Below are positions 9,989 through 20,295 of a stretch of 64,000 bases of DNA, piece after piece (the first letter of the stretch is position 1; each line of letters starts with the position of its first letter). The stretch is from IMG/VR virus record IMGVR_UViG_3300013713_000001, positions 96,001 through 160,000 of that record; one strand, given 5' to 3'. Both the position numbers and the translations under genes were made by a program. The stretch comes from a virus. Its lineage: Duplodnaviria > Caudoviricetes. The notes below the pieces were generated by a model. The model was not told where the DNA came from. It searched no databases and saw only the letters and a list, made by a program, of their open reading frames with translations.

Positions 9989-11227
9989 ATGTACACGTAT
10001 AAACGGGCTGTTGGAATCAACCAGCTGGTCCCTGAAGGGCAAGAGATCGTTGACATTTCAACCCTCCAGACTAAAGCGCTCCCGATTACCTTTACTGAAT
10101 TGATCATTGTGGTGACCGACAGTCTCTATAAACGGGACGTGGCGATCAACATGCAGGACTACGTCAACGAGTTCATTGCATTCAAAGGGACTATCCAACA
10201 ATGGCTGACCAGTAAGGCATCGGTGGTCTTAAAGACAAGCAATACCTTGCCCGGCACAGAGTACCGTTGGGGAACGTTGCACGATATCCAGTACCAGTGG
10301 TTTACCCTGCACCCTGGTGATGCGAAGATGGCGATTGATCGGCAGGAGCACCTCGACGTAGGGGACGCTCCAGACATTCGTGTCTATAAGACTGATCGCT
10401 CTGCGGTAGACTACAAGAGTCTTGCTGAACGTTGCCTGTGGACGTTTAACGGTCATATGGTTCGCGCAGTAGGTGACGAGACGGGACTCTACCTGTTGAA
10501 CGCAGGAAAGAACTTCCGGGTGAATGACAACTGTCATGCCTGCTGCATCAACCTGAATACCTTGACAAAGCTGCAGACGTACAGCCTTAAAGAGGAGGAC
10601 CTGATCTACGAGAACAACGAGGACTATATCTTCGTTCACTTAAAGGCCCCGGTCTCCCTGTTGAAGAAGACTGTGTGGATGAGCATTGGTGGCCGTCTCT
10701 ATTTGAACGACGTGGTTCACATGGTAAGTGAGAAGATGCTTGCCATTCGCACTGAACGGGTAGATTGGTTTACCCGGATCTTTGATTCTAAACGGTTCAT
10801 TGATTTGGACGGGATCATTGATTCTGAGCGTGAGGTGGTCGGCAAAGACTTCTTTACCACTGAAGCGTTTTGGAAGGCCTTGATCGCTCATCCTTCCACG
10901 TTCCTTATTGTGTGCGACAACCCGCACCTGTACGTTTCACTGAAACCGGTTCAAGCGTACAAGTCACCCTTTACCTACGAAACACATGAGACACGGGCAC
11001 TGCCGCTGCTAACCGCAGACGGGATGTTGCCAAAGTACTTTACGACTCGCATCATTAACCGGAGGGTTCTGAACACCGACTTAGGCAATCAAAAGCTCTA
11101 CCTCAACTGGGGCACCGGCATTGGGAATGAAGGTGAGCTCCATCATGGTTACACGAATCGGTTTAGACCGAGTAAACTAAACAACGCCTATCTGCTCTCG
11201 ATCAGAAGCGTAATACAAGAGTCCTAA
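9989..11227 (+). CDS. Probable virion structural protein
   Basis: About 412 aa, AGGAG RBS at 9974-9978, divergent from the fibre block; function from context only. Confidence 0.55.
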   Translation: MYTYKRAVGINQLVPEGQEIVDISTLQTKALPITFTELIIVVTDSLYKRDVAINMQDYVNEFIAFKGTIQQWLTSKASVVLKTSNTLPGTEYRWGTLHDIQYQWFTLHPGDAKMAIDRQEHLDVGDAPDIRVYKTDRSAVDYKSLAERCLWTFNGHMVRAVGDETGLYLLNAGKNFRVNDNCHACCINLNTLTKLQTYSLKEEDLIYENNEDYIFVHLKAPVSLLKKTVWMSIGGRLYLNDVVHMVSEKMLAIRTERVDWFTRIFDSKRFIDLDGIIDSEREVVGKDFFTTEAFWKALIAHPSTFLIVCDNPHLYVSLKPVQAYKSPFTYETHETRALPLLTADGMLPKYFTTRIINRRVLNTDLGNQKLYLNWGTGIGNEGELHHGYTNRFRPSKLNNAYLLSIRSVIQES

Positions 11228-11259
11228 TAATGGTAACGGGTAGTACAGGAGCGGTTCCA

Positions 11260-11748
11260 ATGAAAGAAGGTAGCAAGATAACGCTCATCATGGGGATGCT
11301 GATCGCTGTCTTGGCCCTCATGCTGTTGAACACAGTGTGGCCACGACAAACCACGCTCTCCGCAGAGAGCATGGAAAGTATCAACAAAATGGCAGATAGC
11401 ATGAAGCAATCCGCCGCCAACTGGGAACGGGTGTCCAAATCCACCACGGAACTGAACGAGGTTCTGCTGGCCCAAGCAAAGGGGAGTCGTAATGAAATCA
11501 ATGCGCTGCATCTACAACTGCTGGGTCGTTATGGTCTTGATCCTAACGATCCTTTTAGCGAGTACGTTAACAGCGTGCTCCAGCAGTCCCAAGGTAACGG
11601 AGGGATCGACTTACCTCGAGGTGAAGGGGAAGCAGGTCGAGGTCGAGGCGTACCGGAAGCAAATGCTAAGCTTGCAGGCTCGACTGACCGAGGTTCCTCC
11701 CGAGTTGCTGACAACGGCCACAGAGCCACCGCCCATTCTGCTCAGTAA
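11260..11748 (+). CDS. Inner-membrane spanin (i-spanin, Rz-like)
   Basis: AGGAG RBS; one N-terminal TM helix (ITLIMGMLIAVLALMLLNTVW) followed by a helical/coiled-coil region; overlapped by a lipoprotein gene in another frame. Confidence 0.7.
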   Translation: MKEGSKITLIMGMLIAVLALMLLNTVWPRQTTLSAESMESINKMADSMKQSAANWERVSKSTTELNEVLLAQAKGSRNEINALHLQLLGRYGLDPNDPFSEYVNSVLQQSQGNGGIDLPRGEGEAGRGRGVPEANAKLAGSTDRGSSRVADNGHRATAHSAQ

Positions 11749-11962
11749 GCTCGCTGCTTACCTCGACAGTTACGACTGCACGGACCCGCAGTTAAGCCAA
11801 CCCTCTAAGGACGCCTGCTACCGGGTCATTCGTGTCTTGTTGATCAACACCACTCGAAGATTGGATGAAACCAATACGACCCTTTACGTTGGGCAGCGTA
11901 AGGTCGCGCAATTGGTTCAGACTATCAACGAGCTGATTGAAACATTGCCAAGCACTCAGTGA
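11492..11962 (+). CDS. Outer-membrane spanin (o-spanin, Rz1-like lipoprotein)
   Basis: GGGGAG RBS; signal peptide with lipobox LTA-C followed by SSS; Pro-rich linker (EPPP) and two further Cys; 257-nt overlap with the i-spanin. Confidence 0.75.
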   Translation: MKSMRCIYNCWVVMVLILTILLASTLTACSSSPKVTEGSTYLEVKGKQVEVEAYRKQMLSLQARLTEVPPELLTTATEPPPILLSKLAAYLDSYDCTDPQLSQPSKDACYRVIRVLLINTTRRLDETNTTLYVGQRKVAQLVQTINELIETLPSTQ

Positions 11963-11986
11963 TAGATAAGCAGAGAAGCAGACAAC

Positions 11987-12020
11987 TACCCTACAGGAGC
12001 CTTGGGGCTCCTGTAGGGTA
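11987..12020. terminator. Bidirectional hairpin, TACCCTAC family
   Basis: TACCCTACAGGAGCC-TTGG-GGCTCCTGTAGGGTA, perfect 15-bp stem between convergent genes. Confidence 0.75.
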
Positions 12021-12035
12021 AGTCCTGTATGTAAG

Positions 12036-12407
12036 TTAACCCTTTTCGGGGCTTGGAGCAATGATCTTTGCCGCCTTGGTACGAAGTCTCGAAAGACTGT
12101 CAGCACCACTAAAAATTGCCGTAAGGGTCTTGCTGACGTTCATGAACTGCCAACTAACAACCACCGGACCTACCACCATGATAAACATCGACATCTCGCT
12201 GGGCCAGAGGTTGTACTGACTGACCGAGACCCAGATGGAATACGAGTTGAACAACCCCATGAGGCACACTACAACAACCGAAAGAATACCGCCCAGGTTA
12301 CGAAGGAGAACCGTCCACTTACCGAGAACTTCCCGTTCGATACCACCCGCCGGAGGAGGGGGCATCTGGACATCATCCCCCTCCTCAATTGGCTTACCAT
12401 TTTCCAT
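12036..12407 (-). CDS. Two-TM membrane protein, holin candidate
   Basis: About 123 aa from ATG 12407 (GGGGA upstream); two hydrophobic helices, acidic N-terminus, basic C-terminus; next to the spanins. Confidence 0.5.
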   Translation of the reverse strand: MENGKPIEEGDDVQMPPPPAGGIEREVLGKWTVLLRNLGGILSVVVVCLMGLFNSYSIWVSVSQYNLWPSEMSMFIMVVGPVVVSWQFMNVSKTLTAIFSGADSLSRLRTKAAKIIAPSPEKG

Positions 12408-13005
12408 GATGTACATCCCCAATAAACACACCGTGGTCTCGTGCCAGTTTCTCGCACCGCCACAGTCCAATAGCGCCGCTGTCTGCACTGTGTTCGTCGA
12501 CGACGGAGATATCGATACCATTGGCATCCAGGTACGGGTACTTCATGAGACCAATATGCACATCCTTCTTGTCACTTCCCTTGAAATCAGCCCCCACTAC
12601 TGCTTTGGCCAATCGGGGGAGTACCAGAGAGAGATGCACGTCATTATCAACAAAGGGTTTCCGAATAATCTCTGTTAACTGAATCAACTGCTTAAAGGTA
12701 CCTGGCGACCGACCGAGGAAGTTGTCCTCTCCGATGCCCATATCAGGTTCGAAGACTTCAATCAACATGGCAATAGAACGTGCCATGGCCCAGCTGCGCG
12801 CAAATACTTTGGTGCTTGCCAAATCATCGAACTGCACGGGAATGTCATAGAGCAACTTATCGCCATGAATCGTGTTCATGTACAGGAGTTTAAACGGCTC
12901 CGGCCTGACGAGGTTGACATCGAAGACACTCACCCCCATGCACGAAGTCGATTGGTCCATTGAGATGACCCGTGCACATTCGGGGGATTTTAGCACTTCA
13001 AGCAA
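12394..13005 (-). CDS. ruvC: RuvC-like Holliday junction resolvase
   Basis: Catalytic pattern ISMDQS / IGEDNF / KAVVG...KKDV / DEHSADSGAIG; TTG start with AAGGA RBS. Confidence 0.8.
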   Translation of the reverse strand: MLEVLKSPECARVISMDQSTSCMGVSVFDVNLVRPEPFKLLYMNTIHGDKLLYDIPVQFDDLASTKVFARSWAMARSIAMLIEVFEPDMGIGEDNFLGRSPGTFKQLIQLTEIIRKPFVDNDVHLSLVLPRLAKAVVGADFKGSDKKDVHIGLMKYPYLDANGIDISVVDEHSADSGAIGLWRCEKLARDHGVFIGDVHHGKW

Positions 13006-13601
13006 AGCATTCCTTTTTTGGTACCATGATGGAACCTCAAGATAGCGACCATTTCAGAATCCCCAACCAGGTACTCGCTGGGGGCGTCTTCACTGGGACC
13101 TTTGAACACAAGCTCAAATCCAGCTGTACTGTACGTCGCAAGGCTACTGGCTTTCCAGTGGCCCACTGCGTTGTACTCGTTCAGAAGGACGCAGAGCTTC
13201 CAGGCGAGCTCGTTGTTGTGGTTGGTGGGGTAGGTATTGCCCGAACCCAACTCATCCAGGAAAGAGAGCTCAGCAGGATCGTCGACCGTGATTGGAGGTC
13301 CCATCCACAGGTCTTCATTGACAAAGGGGTTACTCAGTTTCATGACCGAGCTCCCTTCCACTGTCACCTGATTGTTTTCGCACTTGTTGACGAAACGAAT
13401 CAGGACGTCTCCCGTGGCTGGATCACGGGCTTCAAGCACCAGGTCCCCTGCTTCGTCACGAAAAGCTTGAGACTCCGCAAAGTCTGCTTCTTCATAACGG
13501 GTCTGGTAGAACATGTTGATCACTGGCAGGGCTTGTGCCAGGGTCATCCGTTCAGTCAGGGGGAGGTGCGGGGTTCCTTTTAAGATGGCAGGAATCACCA
13601 T
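12990..13601 (-). CDS. Hypothetical protein
   Basis: 203 aa, tightly packed in the operon. Confidence 0.6.
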   Translation of the reverse strand: MVIPAILKGTPHLPLTERMTLAQALPVINMFYQTRYEEADFAESQAFRDEAGDLVLEARDPATGDVLIRFVNKCENNQVTVEGSSVMKLSNPFVNEDLWMGPPITVDDPAELSFLDELGSGNTYPTNHNNELAWKLCVLLNEYNAVGHWKASSLATYSTAGFELVFKGPSEDAPSEYLVGDSEMVAILRFHHGTKKGMLCLKC

Positions 13602-13603
13602 GA

Positions 13604-14551
13604 TCAGTTACCTTGGCCGGCAGCCGAGGAGTTCGCGATCGAGTGCAGGAGCATCGGTGCACTGGCGCCGTGGTCGAGGGCCATGTTGATCTGGGTGTTC
13701 GTCAACGCGTTCCGCCCATCACGCTCAGTGATATAATGGGCAAAGATCGCGCTGGCCACTTCGGTGTACTGGATCGAGCCGTTCCCCGAGATAGCTCCAC
13801 GGTGCTGAACGTCAATCCCGTAAGCTACACCCACTTCGTTGACCGACGCATAACTTGCATCGTTATAATAGATTTTGCACGCCAGTGACATCTCACGTAG
13901 ATCAGCCTGGTACAACGTTGCATTAAGGATCGCCGAACCGTTGACATATTCGTCTGGTGTCGGAATCGTACCCTGGCTGGTCAGCGGAACCGGCTGCGGA
14001 TTCTTCAGGTTGTCTTCGGTATGGATGTACGGGTTGGTCTTTTCGTCGCCGGTGATCGGGTCACGGGTCACGAGGACTTCACGCGGGTTGTACTTGGAGA
14101 AGTCAATGAGCTTCAGCCAGTAGAAGGCGTACATGACACCGTTGCGTTCTTCCACCGTACGCATGCGGTACTTTGCACGGTTGAGACTGTCCAGGTCTTC
14201 GCTCAGAGGACGTGCAATGAACGGAATCGCCGTGAACAGGTTCGCGTCGATGGGCTGGTGCTGGTTGACCTGGAACTTCGATACACCCCGGGAGTCGGTC
14301 CCGACGTGGTTCGAACCGCGAACACCCACGCCAAAGTACTTCAGTTCGAAGTTACGGCTCGGCTTCTGACCAAGGCTTTCGGCGGCAAGGATCTTGTAGA
14401 CCTCGTTGAGGGTGGTCCACTGGGGAACAACGAAGGGCTGGTTCGTGACGATACATTTGTTCAGGACGTGACCAATGGAGGTGTTCGTGACGGTTTGAGC
14501 AGGAACCTCAGAACGGTTCAGGTCCGCGGAGTCATTAGCGGTAAGTGCCAT
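13604..14551 (-). CDS. Virion structural protein (baseplate-associated, phiKZ gp127-like by synteny)
   Basis: 315 aa; LKYFGVG.RG, IPFIARP...DL, YRMR, AFYWLK motifs; position downstream of the gp128-like gene. Confidence 0.65.
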   Translation of the reverse strand: MALTANDSADLNRSEVPAQTVTNTSIGHVLNKCIVTNQPFVVPQWTTLNEVYKILAAESLGQKPSRNFELKYFGVGVRGSNHVGTDSRGVSKFQVNQHQPIDANLFTAIPFIARPLSEDLDSLNRAKYRMRTVEERNGVMYAFYWLKLIDFSKYNPREVLVTRDPITGDEKTNPYIHTEDNLKNPQPVPLTSQGTIPTPDEYVNGSAILNATLYQADLREMSLACKIYYNDASYASVNEVGVAYGIDVQHRGAISGNGSIQYTEVASAIFAHYITERDGRNALTNTQINMALDHGASAPMLLHSIANSSAAGQGN

Positions 14552-14563
14552 GGAAAGAGTTCC

Positions 14564-14962
14564 TTATTTGAATCGCATGGAAAAGGTATGCTTAAAGCGC
14601 ATAGAATTTGCTGAACTAATAACGCTTACACGGTCAGGATACTGGATAAAACTGCCAATGTCCTCGGGCTGCAACCCCAATCCGGTCTTGCTGTTAAACC
14701 AGCGTGCAATCGTCTCTTTCGTGAGCAAGGCCGGTTTGTCCTTCCACTCACGGTCAAGGGTTAACGACGCGTAATCCGAATAGGGTTTAAGACTTACCCG
14801 TTCAAGGGTAAATTCCACCATTGGGAATCCAGGGCCATTCACCACGAACTGGAAGTCATTGTTACGGTCTCTACCACAGGGAGTTACTTCCAGCCGAGCA
14901 TCCAGACCGCCATTGTGCAGACGACAGAAATCTCGCCTTACCCACTCAAGTACCTTGCTCAT
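14564..14962 (-). CDS. Small protein, probably virion-associated
   Basis: ATG 14962 with AGGAG RBS; 132 aa; motif shared with 41466..42170 and 43561..44052. Confidence 0.6.
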   Translation of the reverse strand: MSKVLEWVRRDFCRLHNGGLDARLEVTPCGRDRNNDFQFVVNGPGFPMVEFTLERVSLKPYSDYASLTLDREWKDKPALLTKETIARWFNSKTGLGLQPEDIGSFIQYPDRVSVISSANSMRFKHTFSMRFK

Positions 14963-14964
14963 GG

Positions 14965-17184
14965 TTACTCCTGGGCTTTGGGCCAAACCAAACGACCAAT
15001 GTCATCGGCCGGGAGATCAATCATCGGTCCACGACCAGGCCAGACCAGACGACCATAATCGGTCGGCGGTACATCCGGGTTAGGGTCGGGCATGAGACGG
15101 ATATAGGAGGTGTCTTGGATGCGAACAGCATAGTGACCCAAATCAGGGTCAAGATCGACCGGGACAAGGTCTTCCTGAGTGATGATTGCGACGCAGGTAG
15201 TGGAATCGGCATTGGTGCTGAACTCTTCAGAAATAGCGATCGGGATAACAGTCTCGAGGGAGCAGTAGCTGTCGATAAAGCTCTGACCATTGAGACCAAC
15301 GTTTCGGTAGTCACCATCAGATGCATTGCCTGGACCCGTTAAGCGACTGTCGCCTACAAAGATCTCGTTTGGCAGTTCGGTGACGTCTTGACCGTCATCC
15401 ATTTCCCGCACGGTTTGAATCGTGTAGGAGGACAACTGCATCATGATGTCGATCAGTGCATTCTGACGGACCCGCAGCGAAGGGTTAGAACTGGTGTCCC
15501 ATCCTGTCGCGCGTTTAAAGATCTCCCACGCAAAGTACTGGGCTTCCTCGGGCGAGTGCTCGGCAAAGTCCAGCTCATAGCGGTCAATCAGGTCGTTGTA
15601 GGTCGTTGCAGTGGTCAAAGTAACAAACCCTGACTCGTACATCATCTCGGTCGTGTTTTTCACCCTGGCGCGTTTGTTGAGGTCGTAGAACTGACTGTAG
15701 ATCTTTGTGTGTTTCCACATGATCTCGTAGATTTCTTCCGACTGCTCCATAAGGAACTCAGGGGCAACAAAGGACTGCCGAGGGATCCACAACGAACGGA
15801 TGTCAAAGGCCATGTAACCTGGGATATACAACTTTCCACCGATCCGGATAAGCTGGTCAAGCGAAGGTGGAGTCGCCTTTAGGACGTGCTGGTAGTACGC
15901 CGGAGCGATGTAGGTCTGAGGCCGGCCACGGGCAATGTCCATCAGGTGACGCCAGAGGTAGTAGGCATCCCCTACTGCAAGCCGGATGTCCTTACCGCTC
16001 TTGGGATCACGGACAAGAATCTTGCCGTTGTAATACCCCTTACCTGCCAGGTAGATCCAGTTGTTAAAGGTCACCGACATCTTGGTGTGCAAGTGACGGT
16101 TCGTGTAGTCCATCATCTTTGACTCCAACACTTTTGTTGGAAGCTCGGAGTAGAGACTGTACGTACCCTTCCTCAACGCGTGGTCATGCCAGATAGCCGA
16201 CTGGACGTAGTTGTCTTTTGCCAGCGTTTGTTCCTTGAGGATCAACTGCTGGGTGTTGATGTAGTCCGGGGTCAACCCGTAGCTATCCTGGAGGTTCAGG
16301 TTCAGCTTACGGTACAGGGGTGTAGGGGTGAGGTCCTCCAGCTGCGTTTCGGTATTGTTTACCAGGTCGTAGCGGGCCAGTGGAATACTTGCCTTTGTTA
16401 GCAAGTTCTCCAGCATGAGCTCAAAGGTGTACTGTGCGCCCGGGTTGTTGTCAAGCCAAGCAATGTTGTTGTACAGCCACATTGTTTGTTCTTGGCTCAA
16501 ACTCTCCTTGTACTTAGAGAAGTCGCCGTAGGAGTCGATCCTTGCCCAGATGTAGAAGTCGTGAGCATGACGGGTCCCAATGGCCTCATGGCGCATTGTT
16601 GAAATGGCCATGATCACACCCTGGTAAAGGGTCATCACCCCAGTGACCGGCAACATGAGATTATCGGTATGGATATATTCGTGGTTAAACAGCTGCGGAA
16701 CAAACCCAGTGATGAAACGTTGCAGACCTGGTATTAACTGGTCCTCGTTCCACAGTACGAGCTTTTTGTTGTAGCTCAGGATTTTATAGTTCTCAGCCGT
16801 AAGGGTTGTCTCATACGGGATCGGTCTCAATATCCCTTTGATCAACTCAGCCTGCCCTGGATAGGTGTCGGCTAGGCGATTAAACCAATACCCACCTTTG
16901 GAGTATTCCCTGAGGGTGGCGATGTGAAACGCCAGGTTTTCCTTGTTGAAAATGATCGCCTCACCGGTATCGATAGAGTTGATCCACATTTCTTCATCAG
17001 TGGGGTGATAGTCCCCATTGAGGTTCATGTAATACCGCCAGGTCTTCCGATCCTCGAGGACTGGGAACCCGGCTGCTTCTAGGACACTGTTCTCCCTAAG
17101 GGCTACAGCCTCGATCTTGATGACCAAGGTCCGAGCCAGGCTAAGCGTGTCCCTTACGTATTCATCAAATTCAATATTTTCCAT
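14965..17184 (-). CDS. Virion structural/baseplate protein (phiKZ gp128-like)
   Basis: About 740 aa; TWRYYMNLNGDYH.TD.....SIDT.E.I.F motif; divergent from the portal gene. Confidence 0.7.
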   Translation of the reverse strand: MENIEFDEYVRDTLSLARTLVIKIEAVALRENSVLEAAGFPVLEDRKTWRYYMNLNGDYHPTDEEMWINSIDTGEAIIFNKENLAFHIATLREYSKGGYWFNRLADTYPGQAELIKGILRPIPYETTLTAENYKILSYNKKLVLWNEDQLIPGLQRFITGFVPQLFNHEYIHTDNLMLPVTGVMTLYQGVIMAISTMRHEAIGTRHAHDFYIWARIDSYGDFSKYKESLSQEQTMWLYNNIAWLDNNPGAQYTFELMLENLLTKASIPLARYDLVNNTETQLEDLTPTPLYRKLNLNLQDSYGLTPDYINTQQLILKEQTLAKDNYVQSAIWHDHALRKGTYSLYSELPTKVLESKMMDYTNRHLHTKMSVTFNNWIYLAGKGYYNGKILVRDPKSGKDIRLAVGDAYYLWRHLMDIARGRPQTYIAPAYYQHVLKATPPSLDQLIRIGGKLYIPGYMAFDIRSLWIPRQSFVAPEFLMEQSEEIYEIMWKHTKIYSQFYDLNKRARVKNTTEMMYESGFVTLTTATTYNDLIDRYELDFAEHSPEEAQYFAWEIFKRATGWDTSSNPSLRVRQNALIDIMMQLSSYTIQTVREMDDGQDVTELPNEIFVGDSRLTGPGNASDGDYRNVGLNGQSFIDSYCSLETVIPIAISEEFSTNADSTTCVAIITQEDLVPVDLDPDLGHYAVRIQDTSYIRLMPDPNPDVPPTDYGRLVWPGRGPMIDLPADDIGRLVWPKAQE

Positions 17185-17253
17185 AATTGGACTCGAAGGG
17201 GTTATGTCGTGAAACATTCAAGAGAGTTGACGATTGGCAATGGTAACATTGAC

Positions 17254-20226
17254 ATGTCCAAGGTGCGTTCTGACCTTAAGTCCGTAAACCCCGCATTGGC
17301 TTCTACCCTGGCACGGGCTGTTCCTAAAAACGCAAGAGCCCCTGAACGGGACGAACTGACTGGTAAAACAGACAAGGGCATCAGTCAGTTCAAACTGGAA
17401 AAGCTCAGCAGTATCATCAGCAACAACATTAACGCCGCGTCTGACCTGCGTGTGATTACGCCCTACATCGGTAAGGCTGAGACCATCTGGCAGACCATGC
17501 TGCTGTACCCCAACGGTCGTCAGCCAAAGATCTTGACGTATGAGACCCAGTCGTCTCCGTACAAGAACGCAAAGTTGCATAGTGAGCTCTTGTCCATCTG
17601 GGACAATTACTACACTAACGGCTATAAGATCGAGGGGGATTTGAAGAAAATCGTCAGCGATCTCCTCATTAATACCGGGAGTTACGCACTCTTTAACCTC
17701 AGTCGTCCTGGGCTGGACTACCTGATCAACGGTAGCCAGTTAAAGAACGCAGGGGTAGCAGGTGTCGAATCGTTTATTGCTCAGGCTCAGGAAGATTTTA
17801 ACCGGGAGTTTACCATCACCCCCGATAAAAGGGTCCTGATGAAGAACAAGGGTGCTTTCATTAAGAACCCACACCAGAAGTACCAATCGGTCTCTGGTAT
17901 TGAAAGTGTCTTTGGTAAAGGCCCTGACTACGCGGGGGATGAGTTCCGCTTGTTCAGTGATACAGAAGACCCTGAACACCTCATCAACATTACCTTTACG
18001 GATAACCCAGCCGCTCTCTTCTTGCAAAAGATCAGTGCAGGTCGCCGTGAAGACCGAGTCAAACAGGTTTCTGGGTTTGAGAGTCTTGACCTGTTGATCG
18101 ACGACTCGTTCAAGGACAATCCTGAAAAGGAAGAATCTACTCCTGGGAAAAAGAAAGACAAGCGCTCGCCAAAGGCCAATGCTAGTCCTCAGACAAAGAA
18201 CTTTACCGAGGAACAGATCCAGCAGGCTAGTGCGCAAATGTTCAGTAGCCGGAACATTGCCACTCAGTTCATCCAGTATGTTAAGCCTAACGGGGCTCTC
18301 GATACCGCTCCTTACGGTCGAGGCTTAACCTTCCACCTGCCAAGTGAGTGCTTGATCCCGATTCACTTCAACGGTGGTAACGGACGGACCGCGCCCGACT
18401 ACATCGCTTTGCTTGATACTGACGTAGGTAGCTTCCTGAAGAACACCAATGACTTTGAGTTCTATCAGTCGACCGGTGCTAACAAGGAAAACAACCAGAA
18501 CCGTCCAAAGAGCGGGACGATGAACAGCCTTATCCAAAACCTGCGTAAAGTTCAGGAGGGTAAGGAGTGTGACTTTGACATGCGTGAATTTGCTGAGGTC
18601 TCCAAGGCTAACTTGATCCGTGCATTCAGCGCGTCTATCTTGAGCGGTCAGGGCGACAACATCAGCATCGAGATCGACGAGGAGGTCAACAAGATCTTCC
18701 TCCAGCGCATGTTCCGCGGTCAAGGGGTGCGCTGCCTGTACATCCCGGGTGAAGCCATTACCTACATGGCCCTGAACTTTAACCGTATGGGGATTGGTCA
18801 GTCGCTCGTCAACATGGCAAAGGACCACATCACGCGTCTGGCAATGCTTGACCTGGCGGACACCTTGTCCAACCTGGAAAAGGCTACCCCGCACTCGATG
18901 ATGACCGTTCGTCTTAACGCGAATGCTCCAGAGCCTATGGCAGACATTGCTAACGCTCGGAACACGTTCTTTGAGGCTAACCCCACTGTCCACAACATGA
19001 TGATGCAGCAACAGCTGTCGATTCCTGACATGATCAGTGCCCTACGTGAGGCGTCGCTTACGGTTAAGGTCGATCCGGGTGAGAACCCGTTCTTCCCACA
19101 GCACGATGTTACCATTGATCACATGGACCGTAACAACTTCCCAAGTATCGATGCAGGAACTCGAGCGGAACTGTTGAACAAGATCGCCAGTTACCTACAG
19201 CTTCAAAAGAGCTGGTTGGACATTGCTGATGATCAGAACAACTTCCAGATCGAAGCACTGGCTGAGCACCAGATGCTCTTGAATCAGGTGGTAAGTTATC
19301 AGGCTGAGCTTGGTTCCTTTATTGCTGACTTCGAGCGCAAGCATGCCTACGTCAACGCACCGCTGCTGAAGGAGATGATTGCGAAGATCCGCGAGATGAA
19401 GAAGCTCTGGAAACCGGACAGTGGTGAAGAACTCGAGGGTACTGATGCCCAAAAGGTCAACATCATTCTTGCAGACTTTATCAGCAACATTGTTTGCAAG
19501 CTTCCTACGCCCACCAGTATTGAGACGACGTCGAAGATCAAAGACAGCCTTCAGGTGGTTAATGATCTGGTTACTAACTGGATGGACATGGCCGGCGGTA
19601 ACGGAACCCTGTTCCATGTTGGTAAACTCCTTGGCTTCATCAAGGGCGATGACTCCAATCCAGAAGAGGATGTTGATCCGAAAAGCCTGGCCAAGATCAA
19701 GGGTCAGATTAAGGCGGTATTCCTCAAGCAGGCCTACCTCAAGTACAATCTTCCAATGCCGTTTGATGACGTATTGGCGGGTGGTGAAGGTGGTGGTCTG
19801 GCATCGTTGGTGAATGATGTTGTTCAACAACACCAGAACACCGGTGAGTTCCTGGCAGCTATGATGATCGGTCTCAACCAGGCTGACGCAGAAGTCCTGA
19901 AGAAGCACTGGAAGAAGATCGAGAAAGCAACGGCTGACTTGGAGAACGCTAAGGAAAGGATTGAGGGTCAAGCAGAACCTGACCAGAGCCTGACGAATGA
20001 CGGCGAGACTCCATCTGACGACAACGCTACGCCGGATGAAGAGGATGAGCTGACTAACACGGATAGCAATCTGGAAGAAACTGACACCAACGAAGAAGAG
20101 GAGCCGGAGGAAGAAGAGGACACTCCAGAAACTGACGATGAGAACGCGGGTAAGGACGACAAGGGTGGTGATGACGGACTCGATCCCTCCAAGAACGATC
20201 CTAACTTCCAACCGTTCAAGCTTTAA
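17254..20226 (+). CDS. Portal protein (phiKZ gp129-like)
   Basis: About 990 aa; LLINTGSY, P.E.LIPIH, Y.A..FN..GIG.SL segments; three V(A/S)GxES sites; long acidic C-tail; synteny. An alternative GTG start is at 17209. Confidence 0.7.
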   Translation: MSKVRSDLKSVNPALASTLARAVPKNARAPERDELTGKTDKGISQFKLEKLSSIISNNINAASDLRVITPYIGKAETIWQTMLLYPNGRQPKILTYETQSSPYKNAKLHSELLSIWDNYYTNGYKIEGDLKKIVSDLLINTGSYALFNLSRPGLDYLINGSQLKNAGVAGVESFIAQAQEDFNREFTITPDKRVLMKNKGAFIKNPHQKYQSVSGIESVFGKGPDYAGDEFRLFSDTEDPEHLINITFTDNPAALFLQKISAGRREDRVKQVSGFESLDLLIDDSFKDNPEKEESTPGKKKDKRSPKANASPQTKNFTEEQIQQASAQMFSSRNIATQFIQYVKPNGALDTAPYGRGLTFHLPSECLIPIHFNGGNGRTAPDYIALLDTDVGSFLKNTNDFEFYQSTGANKENNQNRPKSGTMNSLIQNLRKVQEGKECDFDMREFAEVSKANLIRAFSASILSGQGDNISIEIDEEVNKIFLQRMFRGQGVRCLYIPGEAITYMALNFNRMGIGQSLVNMAKDHITRLAMLDLADTLSNLEKATPHSMMTVRLNANAPEPMADIANARNTFFEANPTVHNMMMQQQLSIPDMISALREASLTVKVDPGENPFFPQHDVTIDHMDRNNFPSIDAGTRAELLNKIASYLQLQKSWLDIADDQNNFQIEALAEHQMLLNQVVSYQAELGSFIADFERKHAYVNAPLLKEMIAKIREMKKLWKPDSGEELEGTDAQKVNIILADFISNIVCKLPTPTSIETTSKIKDSLQVVNDLVTNWMDMAGGNGTLFHVGKLLGFIKGDDSNPEEDVDPKSLAKIKGQIKAVFLKQAYLKYNLPMPFDDVLAGGEGGGLASLVNDVVQQHQNTGEFLAAMMIGLNQADAEVLKKHWKKIEKATADLENAKERIEGQAEPDQSLTNDGETPSDDNATPDEEDELTNTDSNLEETDTNEEEEPEEEEDTPETDDENAGKDDKGGDDGLDPSKNDPNFQPFKL

Positions 20227-20243
20227 CTAGAAGCAAAAAAAAA

Positions 20244-20288
20244 CATAGTACCTACCTCCAGCCCTCAGGGCTGGAGGTAGGTACTATG
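20244..20288. terminator. Bidirectional hairpin, TACCYTAC family
   Basis: Perfect 21-bp stem CATAGTACCTACCTCCAGCCC-TCA-GGGCTGGAGGTAGGTACTATG; adjacent A9 gives a U-tract on the minus strand. Confidence 0.85.
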
Positions 20289-20295
20289 CCTATGC

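Noticed and set aside
12408-12527. Longer start for the membrane protein
   Set aside because: It lies inside ruvC; ATG 12407 has a better RBS and coupling.
19980-20226. GAA/GAC-rich stretch as a tandem repeat
   Set aside because: It encodes the acidic low-complexity portal tail and has no fixed repeat unit.
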